NCBI GenBank assembly: GCA_965199495.1
Contig: CBDASK010000003.1
Span: 160,001-224,000, forward strand
DNA: 64,000 nucleotides
Source of the DNA: Abditibacterium sp.
GTDB lineage: Bacteria > Armatimonadota > Abditibacteriia > Abditibacteriales > Abditibacteriaceae
Reading direction: 5' to 3'
The notes under the pieces are model-generated. The model was not told the origin of the DNA, did no database searches, and saw nothing but the letters and a program-made list of their open reading frames with translations. Below are positions 21,814 through 29,528 of the stretch, piece by piece. The position numbers were made by a program, and so were the translations under genes. Within the stretch, counting starts at the first letter, position 1. Each line of letters opens with the position of its first letter.

Positions 21814-22545
21814 ATGCCCAAACTTAATCAAATCGTCGCCATCGAAAAGAGCGTGAAAAGCCGCGTTTACGGCGACATCACCGATTTACACAAGTCGTCT
21901 CAAAAAGCCGAACTGTTCAACGGCTTCAGCAAAAACTATCGCAAGCGCGACGAAGACAGCGAAGATTATCCGCCCGAACAGAAGAAAGTCCAGCTCGAAG
22001 CGACCGATTTGCTGCAAAACATCGCCAAGTTATTAAGCGAACTTTTGGACGTGACGGCCTCCAAAGATTACGCCAATACGCACGCCGTGGCTGACGTTGT
22101 GGTCGAAGGCCAAATTTTGGTGAAAGATGCGCCGGTGCCGTTTTTGTTGTTTCTGGAGAAACAGTTGACCGATTTGCATACGTTCGTGGACAAACTGCCG
22201 ACGCTCGATAGCGCCGACGATTGGGTTTCCGATCCGAATTCGGGCTTGTTCAAAACCGCGCCCATCGCGACGCAACGCACCAAAAAGGTGCAAAAACCGA
22301 TTGTTTTATATGATGCCACCGAGAAACATCCGGCGCAAACTCAGTTGATTACCGAAGACATTACAGTCGGCTATTGGGACACCGTGAAGCAATCGGGCGC
22401 CCTGCCCGTGCCGCGCAAACGCGAACTGTTGGAGAGGTTGGAAAAGTTATCGCAAGCCGTGAAGTTCGCGCGCGAACAGGCCAACGATGCGCAGGCCGAC
22501 GAACAAATAATCGGCGGCGCGATTTTCGCGTATCTGTTGAAATAA
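21814..22545 (+). CDS. Conserved hypothetical protein directly upstream of the tRNA-like ncRNA
   Basis: 243 aa with genome-typical codons; motifs KLNQIVAIEK, KDYAN..A.ADVVV, PVPFLLFLEKQLTDL, TKK..KPIVLY.AT..HPAQ, SGALP, AVKFAREQAN. TAAAAT box at about 21788. Confidence 0.9.
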   Translation: MPKLNQIVAIEKSVKSRVYGDITDLHKSSQKAELFNGFSKNYRKRDEDSEDYPPEQKKVQLEATDLLQNIAKLLSELLDVTASKDYANTHAVADVVVEGQILVKDAPVPFLLFLEKQLTDLHTFVDKLPTLDSADDWVSDPNSGLFKTAPIATQRTKKVQKPIVLYDATEKHPAQTQLITEDITVGYWDTVKQSGALPVPRKRELLERLEKLSQAVKFAREQANDAQADEQIIGGAIFAYLLK

Positions 22546-22550
22546 CGCCG

Positions 22551-22637
22551 TCGTAGAGACGCAGATTTATCGCGTCTAAAACATTAAAATTGTGGTCAAA
22601 TTGACGTTTTAGACACGATAAATCGGTGTCTCTACGA
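22551..22637. repeat. REPIN family A
   Basis: CGTAGAGACGCAGATTTATCGCGTCT..AGACACGATAAATCGGTGTCTCTACG. Confidence 0.88.
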
Positions 22638-22643
22638 AAAATT

Positions 22644-22652
22644 TGCTAAAAT
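22644..22652 (+). promoter_or_regulatory. Extended -10 promoter (TGcTAAAAT) for the ncRNA
   Basis: Lies 7 nt upstream of the GAGG that closes the first RNA stem. Confidence 0.6.
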
Positions 22653-22659
22653 CTAATTC

Positions 22660-22809
22660 GAGGCAAGCTCAACTTCAAGGTCAAATTGAAACCCGACGGC
22701 GTGCAGGTTCGAGTCCTGCTCCGTGCATTTTAAATTTCACGCGCGGATGGCGAAATTGGTAGACGCACGAACACAAGTTCGGCTGTTTTTCAAGTTTAAT
22801 TTGTTCCTC
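22660..22809 (+). ncRNA. Circularly permuted tRNA-like RNA, module 1
   Basis: T-arm GCAGG-TTCGAGT-CCTGC (22703-22719); acceptor TCCGTGC/GCGCGGA closed by a 14-nt loop; D-arm GCGAAATTGGTAGACGC (22750-22766); long outer stem (GAGG/CCTC, TTGAAA/TTTCAA, CCGA/TCGG). Confidence 0.8.
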
Positions 22810-22823
22810 ACAAGCTGCTTATT

Positions 22824-22992
22824 GCCGTGGTTGCCGAATCGAATGTCGTCGCCATTCTGCGTCAGATGGGAGTTTGACTCTCCTCTCGTTCTCCAATTTT
22901 TAATTATCACGAACGAGTAGCTTAATGATAGAGCGGACGCACTGAGAACTCAAGCGACGACTTAAATGTCATCGGCGACGCGAAGTCGCGGC
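22824..22992 (+). ncRNA. Circularly permuted tRNA-like RNA, module 2
   Basis: T-arm GGGAG-TTTGACT-CTCCT (22868-22884); acceptor CTCGTTC(+TCCA)/GAACGAG; D-arm GCTT-AATGATA-GAGC; outer stems TGCGTC/GACGCA, GTCGTCGC/GCGACGAC, GTTGCCGA/TCGGCGAC, GCCGTGG/TCGCGGC. Confidence 0.8.
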
Positions 22993-22996
22993 CCCC

Positions 22997-23036
22997 GGCG
23001 TCGGAGAAAAGGATACTTTCTCCGACGCCATTTTTT
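22997..23036 (+). terminator. Intrinsic terminator after the ncRNA
   Basis: GGCGTCGGAGAAA..TTTCTCCGACGCC followed by ATTTTTT. Confidence 0.85.
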
Positions 23037-23048
23037 CTTCTGGCGAGC

Positions 23049-24551
23049 TTATTCGTCCGACAAAACCGCCCCTTTGGGCGGCGTGAATTTAAACGTATCG
23101 GGCGCGAAATCTGGGTTGAACGCTTGCTCGGTAATTTGCCAGTCGGAAGAATTTAATGTTGTGCCGCTTCCCACCAAACGATTTTGAAAACGCCGCAAAG
23201 CGCCATTTTCGTGGGAAAACCAGTAGGTTTGTTGAATAACCTTCTGTATCTCATTTTCTGCTTCAGGATTCATAGCCTGAACGTGAGTAATTTGCACTAC
23301 CTCGCACACTTGCCCATTGAACGATTGGGCTGGCAAAAGCACAGCGCGAAATTCCGACAATCCCAAACTTTCCGATTCGGTGCGCAACACATCGGCTTCT
23401 AATGGATTAACTTCGCCGAGCAGGGTTCCCAACACACCCGCAATACCAGGAGCAGTCTGCATCTCGAAATAAACTTCATCGGGTTCTGTTTTGGCACGCG
23501 CATAGACGCGAATGTTCTTTTCATTGGTATTGTGAATATCGTCGAGAGACCAGCGATTTTTTCCGTCCAAAACAACGAGCGGCTGACCAAATTCGGCCCC
23601 GGCCAAACGCCCGACGCGGTCGAAATCGAGCGAGCCAATCAGAGTTTTTCCGTTTTCATCGCGGCTTTTCCAGCGCGCTTTCAAGCCTTTTGTCTCTCCA
23701 TAAATCTTGACTGCGCGCGCAAAAATTGCCTTCGCTCTGGCGTCAACGCTAATTTTGGTTTTCGGTTTGGGCGGCGCGAGCGGAATATCGGGCGCCAGCG
23801 TTTTCCAGTTGTAAAGCGCGGCGTCGGTCGCGCTTTGCGAGCCTTTCCAGTTGTCGATTGGGCGCCCAATTTCGGTCACAACGTCGGCGATTTTTTCGCC
23901 GAACTTGATTTGAACCTTCGTTTTCTCGACCGCGTAATTTTGCGGTGAGAGCAGAAACTCCGCCGAAATGCCCGTTCCATCGCCGGGAGCTTTGCGCACC
24001 ATCGTTACGCTTTTCAGGGTTTTGCCGTTCTCGCGCACTTCGCCATAACGCACGCTTTTGACATACGGGTCGCTGGCCGGATTAATGCCAAGCGACATTA
24101 TCACGACGGCCAGAGTAAAACCGGGCGCGTCGCCGAAAACTTCTTTGAGCGCAACACTGCGCGCCTCTTGCGAGCCGCCTACGGCGCGCACCATAGGCGG
24201 CTCGCCCACGTTCGAGAGATAAAGCGAATTGTTGTCGAGCAAACGCGTGGCACGCTCGCCCGTGGGTTGCCCTTTGGCATCGAGCGCCGTGCGTTTCAAG
24301 CTGGCGCGGTGCGGCACTTCCATGCTGATTTGAAACCGCGAACCGCGTATCGTCTTGCGATCCAGCAGCATTTTCTGCGTGGCGACAATGGCGAAACTGC
24401 TTTTATTCGAGTAATATGCGACCGCGCGGTCAAGAGCAGCCACGCCGCGCGCGTCGATGTTTGATTTGGCGGCAATTGGCGGTTTGGCGGGCGCGGCAGA
24501 GGCGGCGAGAGGAACAGAAAGCGTGAGCAGAGCAAACACAAAAGATTTCAC
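23049..24551 (-). CDS. Exported hypothetical protein, probably two LolA-like domains
   Basis: Signal peptide; IDARG/VDARA domain starts; C-terminal FNPDFAPDTFKFTPPKGAV. Confidence 0.75.
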   Translation of the reverse strand: MKSFVFALLTLSVPLAASAAPAKPPIAAKSNIDARGVAALDRAVAYYSNKSSFAIVATQKMLLDRKTIRGSRFQISMEVPHRASLKRTALDAKGQPTGERATRLLDNNSLYLSNVGEPPMVRAVGGSQEARSVALKEVFGDAPGFTLAVVIMSLGINPASDPYVKSVRYGEVRENGKTLKSVTMVRKAPGDGTGISAEFLLSPQNYAVEKTKVQIKFGEKIADVVTEIGRPIDNWKGSQSATDAALYNWKTLAPDIPLAPPKPKTKISVDARAKAIFARAVKIYGETKGLKARWKSRDENGKTLIGSLDFDRVGRLAGAEFGQPLVVLDGKNRWSLDDIHNTNEKNIRVYARAKTEPDEVYFEMQTAPGIAGVLGTLLGEVNPLEADVLRTESESLGLSEFRAVLLPAQSFNGQVCEVVQITHVQAMNPEAENEIQKVIQQTYWFSHENGALRRFQNRLVGSGTTLNSSDWQITEQAFNPDFAPDTFKFTPPKGAVLSDE

Positions 24552-24616
24552 GCTCCAAGTTTCGTTGATTCGTTCTTCGTCGGCACGCCCTTGGCTCCGC
24601 TTGGTTTCCCACTTCT

Positions 24617-25360
24617 ATGAATCCCGATTTCTCTACCGAAATGCCCGGCATCGCGCCGGAAGAGGCCGCGAAAATGATCGAGGCCAAACGTCGTTTGCTC
24701 GAACGTTTTAAGCGCGATGAAAAAGGCGTGTTTCAACCCAAAACTTTGGATACGACGCCAACCCAACGCGCCGCCAAACGTCTGCCCGATGGCCAGCATT
24801 TGACCAAGAGTTTTCCGATTTTAGACTTGGGCACGCGACCCAATTTGCCGCTCGAAAGTTATACGCTCAAAGTTTGGGGCGAAGTCGAAAATCCGGTCGA
24901 ATTATCGTGGGACGAACTGCAAAAGTTGCCGCGCCATCGTCAGGTGACGGATTTTCACTGCGTCACGACGTGGAGCAAATACGATGTGCCGTGGGGCGGC
25001 GTGCGCTTGCTCGACGTGGCTGCACTCGTGCGCCCGACGATGAAGGCGAAATTCTTAATCGAACACGGCGGCGAAGGTTATACGACCAACATTCCGCTCG
25101 ATGAAGCGATGGACGAAGACGTGTTAATCGCCGACGAAATGGTGTTGCAAATCAACGGTAAAGACGACGGTTGGCAAGCGATTCCGCGCGAACGCGGTGG
25201 GCCAGTGCGAATGATCGTGCCGAAACTTTACGCGTGGAAAGGCTCGAAGTTTTTGATTGGTTTGCACTTTTCCGAGTTCGACGAACCGGGATTTTGGGAA
25301 GAGCGCGGCTATAACAACCACGCCGATCCGTGGAAAAACGAGCGCTATTCGGCGGACTAA
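24617..25360 (+). CDS. Sulfite oxidase-like molybdopterin-dependent oxidoreductase (YuiH-like)
   Basis: RLPDGQH, DFHCVTTWS, GGPVRMIVPKLYAWKGSKF, PGFWEERGY. Confidence 0.92.
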   Translation: MNPDFSTEMPGIAPEEAAKMIEAKRRLLERFKRDEKGVFQPKTLDTTPTQRAAKRLPDGQHLTKSFPILDLGTRPNLPLESYTLKVWGEVENPVELSWDELQKLPRHRQVTDFHCVTTWSKYDVPWGGVRLLDVAALVRPTMKAKFLIEHGGEGYTTNIPLDEAMDEDVLIADEMVLQINGKDDGWQAIPRERGGPVRMIVPKLYAWKGSKFLIGLHFSEFDEPGFWEERGYNNHADPWKNERYSAD

Positions 25361-25437
25361 TGCGCGTTGCGGTGTAAGGCGATAAAATGCAAGCGGGCGA
25401 TTGGCCTTTACAAACCCAATCAAGGAGAATTTGAATT

Positions 25438-25827
25438 ATGGGACTGGCAGAAAAAAGAGCTTTGGCGACGTTGCAAGACGAAACGGTGCCCAAATATCAG
25501 GCGGAATTGCGTAAAATCGCGGGCAACGAGATTTCCTATGTCGTTGACTGGGACAGCTTCGCCGACAATCTCATCGCAATGGAGAATCTCGAAGACAAGT
25601 GCTTCAAAGCGATTAGCGATGTTTTCCGCAAAATTACCAAAGACAAAATCGGCAAAGATGCCGTCGCGCAAGAAATCAGCGAAATCCAACTTTCGCAGGT
25701 CAACGATTGCAACATCGCTTTTTTCACGCTTTCCAAAGGCGCCCTCAAAATGGCGTGGGATTGGAAAGGCTATCCGGGTTCGTTTTTCCCCGATAGCGTG
25801 CAGGAAAAAATCGAGTCTTTGTTGTGA
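25438..25827 (+). CDS. Hypothetical protein
   Basis: AAGGAG RBS, 129 aa. Confidence 0.8.
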   Translation: MGLAEKRALATLQDETVPKYQAELRKIAGNEISYVVDWDSFADNLIAMENLEDKCFKAISDVFRKITKDKIGKDAVAQEISEIQLSQVNDCNIAFFTLSKGALKMAWDWKGYPGSFFPDSVQEKIESLL

Positions 25828-26022
25828 TATCAAAACTGGATTTGAGCTACGAAAAAGCACAGAAGGAAACAAAATATGGAAATTAGTTGCAAATAATTAA
25901 TTTGCTTTTTTCCCACTCTTTGTTTCCTTCTGTGCATTTTCGTGTCTGTCGGATTTCAACAATTAGATTTGCGCGCAAAAATTGAAATTTGAGGCGCTCG
26001 ATTTGCGTTCAAATTTCATCTC

Positions 26023-26442
26023 ATGAAAAAATTTGTTCTACTGGCTTTGCCTCTGGCATTATCGTGTTCCATCGCGTTCGGCGCGCCCAAAGAGGCCGGA
26101 CTTTCGACGCACGTTCTCGATACCACGCGCGGCATACCGGGTAGCGGCGTCGTTGTCAAGCTTTATCGCATGAACGGCGAACAAGGCACTTTGATTCGCA
26201 CTTCGACCACCAACGCCGATGGCCGCGTGCCCGAACTTTTGACCGCGAAAGAGATGAAAGCGGGCAAATATCAGATCGTTTTCAAAGTTGGGCCTTACTT
26301 CGTAAAAAATGGCTTGAAAGCCGAAGCCGTTCCGTTTCTGGATGAAGCTGTCGTGCGCTTTGGAATTAGCGACGTGAAAGGGCATTACCATGTGCCAATT
26401 ACCGTCACGCCCTACTCTTACGCGACCTATCGCGGAAGCTGA
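26023..26442 (+). CDS. uraH: 5-hydroxyisourate hydrolase (transthyretin-like), with signal peptide
   Basis: LSTHVLDT, TNADGR, HYHVP, C-terminal YRGS. Confidence 0.95.
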   Translation: MKKFVLLALPLALSCSIAFGAPKEAGLSTHVLDTTRGIPGSGVVVKLYRMNGEQGTLIRTSTTNADGRVPELLTAKEMKAGKYQIVFKVGPYFVKNGLKAEAVPFLDEAVVRFGISDVKGHYHVPITVTPYSYATYRGS

Positions 26443-26454
26443 GGTTCATCGCGT

Positions 26455-26491
26455 AAAAGCCGCTCAAAGTTCGTGTGTTGAGCGGCTTTTT
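26455..26491. terminator. Bidirectional terminator
   Basis: AAAAGCCGCTCAA..TTGAGCGGCTTTTT. Confidence 0.8.
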
Positions 26492-26568
26492 ACTTTGGGA
26501 GAGTTACGTTTTTTCCCTCACCCGGCCTCGTTTTGCGAAGCCGGATGAGGGAAAAACGTGATGCTCAA

Positions 26569-27651
26569 CTACAATTTCAGCCCATTTACCAGCAGCCACG
26601 CTGCCAGCACGAGCGCGAATAATCCAATTCCAGCCGCCATCAATACTGGCTTTCCAGCGCGCTGCACCGCGCGCGGATCGCTCGAAAGTCCCAGCGCCGC
26701 CATCGCCGCAACCGTGAGCCAACCGCCGATTTCGCGTCCCAAATCGGCCCACTGCGGCGCGATAACGCCCAGCGTGCGCAAAACCGCCAGCGCCACAAAG
26801 CCAATGATAAATGGCGGAATCATATCGGCGAATCCCAGTTTCGATTCGCCGTCTTTGTTCAATAACGATAACACCAAGGTCACCGGCCCCAACATCAGCA
26901 CGCGTGCCAGTTTGACGACCGTTGCGGTTTGCGTGGTGACGACACCCGCGCCCGCCGTGGCTGCTAACACTTGCGGGACGGCGTAAACGCTTAGACCGGC
27001 TAAAGCGCCGAACGCGTTCGGCGAGAGATGAAGAAACGGACGCGCAACCGGTAACAGTGCCACAACAATAACGCTGCCCAGCGCCGTGAACGCGACGGCG
27101 GCGGTGATTTTTTCTTCGTCGGCTCGAATCACCGGCGCGACAGCGGCAATCGCCGAGTTGCCGCAAATCGAGTTGCCGCACGCGACCAACAAAGCCAATT
27201 TCGGCTCCAATCCCAACGCGCGCCCGATGAAAACTCCCAGCCCAATCGAAAGCGGCACGATGGCGAAAACCGCGACCAACAACAGCGGCCCGACGCCCTT
27301 CCACAATGCGACCGTGTCCACGCTGGCACCCAGTAAAACGATGGCGACTTCCAACAAAGGTTTGGCCGCGAATTTAACGCCGGGCGTCCATTTCGCGGCG
27401 GGCGTCCAAAACCAACGCGCGCCCAATCCCAGCAGAATCGCCAAAACCAAACCTTCGAGCCACTCGCGCCCCAACAAATGTGCTTCGACTTTTCCCATTG
27501 CGACACCAGCCAATCCAAAAGCGGTCGCCAATAATAAACCGGGCAGAATCGCCGAGTTGTCGTGCCAGAACGCGCGCAGTTTGTCGCCGATATTGGGTTG
27601 GCGTGTCGCGTTTTGTCGATATGTTTTGGGTGTCGTGATATTGCGTGTCAT
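26569..27651 (-). CDS. YeiH-family putative sulfate exporter
   Basis: GNSICGNSAIAAVAPVI, KLARVLMLGPV; divergent LysR. Confidence 0.9.
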   Translation of the reverse strand: MTRNITTPKTYRQNATRQPNIGDKLRAFWHDNSAILPGLLLATAFGLAGVAMGKVEAHLLGREWLEGLVLAILLGLGARWFWTPAAKWTPGVKFAAKPLLEVAIVLLGASVDTVALWKGVGPLLLVAVFAIVPLSIGLGVFIGRALGLEPKLALLVACGNSICGNSAIAAVAPVIRADEEKITAAVAFTALGSVIVVALLPVARPFLHLSPNAFGALAGLSVYAVPQVLAATAGAGVVTTQTATVVKLARVLMLGPVTLVLSLLNKDGESKLGFADMIPPFIIGFVALAVLRTLGVIAPQWADLGREIGGWLTVAAMAALGLSSDPRAVQRAGKPVLMAAGIGLFALVLAAWLLVNGLKL

Positions 27652-27733
27652 AGAAATATGGCCTCGCCCGTAAATACGAACCCCACAATATAACGACTAA
27701 CGCCGCTTATTCAATTTTGATTAACTTTTGGTT

Positions 27734-28621
27734 ATGGCCTTGAATTTCAATCTCTTGCGTTCGTTCGAGTTAGTGGCGCGCGCGGGCAGCATTTCGGGCG
27801 CAGCGCGCGCGGGATTTGCGTCGCAACCGGCGCTCTCCAAGGCGATGCGCGAACTGGAAAAACAAATCGGTTTGCCTTTATTTGAACGAAGCGCGCGCGG
27901 TGTGGTTTTGACCGAAGCGGGTCGGCTTTTATTTGAACACGCGCGGGCCTTGTTCGCGCTCGAAACGCAGACCGAAGCGGCATTGGCGTCGTTGCGCGAT
28001 GTCGAAGGCGGGACGCTCCGTATTGGCGCGACAACAACTTTAGCGAATTACGTTTTGCCCGAATTATTAGGCGAATTTCGTCGGTTACATCCGCGCGTCA
28101 CGCTGCATTTGGAGCGCGCCAATTCGCGCGCCATCGAAGCACAGTTGACCAGTTACGCCCTCGACATCGCGTTTATCGAGGGTTTGCCCAGCGACGAACG
28201 TTTGCAGGCGCGCGCATGGCGCGAAGATGAAATCGTGCTGATTTGCGCGCCCAATCATGCGTTGGCAACGCGCGAATTGGTGTGGCCCGACGATTTGCGC
28301 GGGGAAAACTGGTTAGTGCGCGAAAGCGGTTCGGGCACGCGCGATTGGATCGAACGCGCACTGGTGCCTTACGATTTGCCGCCTAAAAGCGCGTGGGAAA
28401 TCAACAGCGCCGAAGCGATTGTCGCCGCCGTGGCTGCTGATCTGGGCATCGCCTTTGTTTCGCGCGCGGCGGCGGGCGACGGTTTAAAATTGGGCAAAAT
28501 TCGCGTGGTTCGCGTCGCCGAAGTCGAAATTCGCCGCCCGTTTTATCGTTTGGAATTGCGCGACAGACCACGCTCACCAGCCACGCGCGCATTCGAGGTG
28601 TTCATGGCGCGGGCAGATTAA
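27734..28621 (+). CDS. LysR-family regulator (YeiE/CysL-like)
   Basis: HTH SQPALSKAMRELE, IGATTT.ANYVLP, RESGSGTR; a T-N11-A box TAACTTTTGGTTA lies at 27722-27734. Confidence 0.93.
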   Translation: MALNFNLLRSFELVARAGSISGAARAGFASQPALSKAMRELEKQIGLPLFERSARGVVLTEAGRLLFEHARALFALETQTEAALASLRDVEGGTLRIGATTTLANYVLPELLGEFRRLHPRVTLHLERANSRAIEAQLTSYALDIAFIEGLPSDERLQARAWREDEIVLICAPNHALATRELVWPDDLRGENWLVRESGSGTRDWIERALVPYDLPPKSAWEINSAEAIVAAVAADLGIAFVSRAAAGDGLKLGKIRVVRVAEVEIRRPFYRLELRDRPRSPATRAFEVFMARAD

Positions 28622-28633
28622 AAGGAGCAATTT

Positions 28634-28755
28634 AGGACTTACGCAACTCTTTTGTGGAGACACCGACTTGTCGTGTCTAAAACGTCAGAATCCTCGCAAC
28701 TTCACGTTTTAGACACGACAAGTCGGTGTCTCCACAAAAGAGTTGCGTAAGTCCT
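28634..28755. repeat. REPIN family A inside AGGACTTACGCAAC arms
   Basis: Perfect arms of about 51 bp. Confidence 0.9.
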
Positions 28756-28760
28756 CCGTT

Positions 28761-29471
28761 CTAACCCGCGAACGAACGCGCCGCCGCTTCAATCGAATGG
28801 GCGTCGCGGCCCGTGGCAATCGCGCCGATGAGCAAACCGCGCGCGCCGCTCGCGCGCAGAGCAGCCACGTCGCCCGGCTCGATCTTCTTTTGCGACGGCA
28901 CAATCACCGGAACATTGAGCGCATTGACCAATTGCGCGTAACGCGCGATGTCGCGCGCTGTAAGCGTTTTGCCGTAGTCATCGTGGCTCAAAAGGCTCGC
29001 TTCGCACAGCGTCATACCCAGCTTTTCCATGCCCGCGAATTCGGCCAAATCGTAGCCCTCAAACGCGGCCATCATCACGTCCAAATCGGTTTGGGCCAGC
29101 GCCCACGCCGGACAATCGGCGGGATAGGCGTCGAAATAATCAATGCCAATTTCGGCTAAGCCACGAAAATCTTCGGGCGAAGCAAAGGCGCCGTTCGCGC
29201 CCGGCACGACGCCGACGCTCGCGCCTGCACCGCGCGCGATTTCGACGATTTGCGCCAGAGTTTCGCGCTCTTCTTGCCACGAGCCAAAGCGCGTGCCCGA
29301 CGCGAAATGTTCGACGTTGATGTGAACTTTCAAGCCCTGCGCGCCGCCGTGCAGAGCCGCGCGCGCCAGTTCGACGTCGTTGCGCGGGAGCGAGACGAGC
29401 AGCGTCCAATCGTTTTGCGTAAGTTGAGTGTGAAGTTGATTCATTGTTGCTTCGTGTCGCAAAAGATTCAT
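28761..29471 (-). CDS. Hypothetical protein, probable TIM barrel
   Basis: LLVSLPRND, GLKVHINV.H.ASG, PVIVPSQKKI, GLLIGAI; alternative start at 29444. Confidence 0.8.
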   Translation of the reverse strand: MNLLRHEATMNQLHTQLTQNDWTLLVSLPRNDVELARAALHGGAQGLKVHINVEHFASGTRFGSWQEERETLAQIVEIARGAGASVGVVPGANGAFASPEDFRGLAEIGIDYFDAYPADCPAWALAQTDLDVMMAAFEGYDLAEFAGMEKLGMTLCEASLLSHDDYGKTLTARDIARYAQLVNALNVPVIVPSQKKIEPGDVAALRASGARGLLIGAIATGRDAHSIEAAARSFAG

Positions 29472-29528
29472 GGCGACAGAAAGTAAGTAAGTTTAATCTG
29501 TGGACGCGACTTCACACGGTTCCACAGA

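Noticed and set aside
22741..22895. Conventional or intron-containing tRNA using the D-arm of module 1 and the T-arm/CCA of module 2
   Set aside because: 5' GCGCGGA cannot pair with 3' CTCGTTC; each strand has its own 7-bp partner in the permuted arrangement, and there is no anticodon arm.
22660..22992. Two-piece (permuted) tmRNA
   Set aside because: There are two tRNA-like modules with full D stems, no GGGG-type alanine acceptor start and no recognisable tag ORF.
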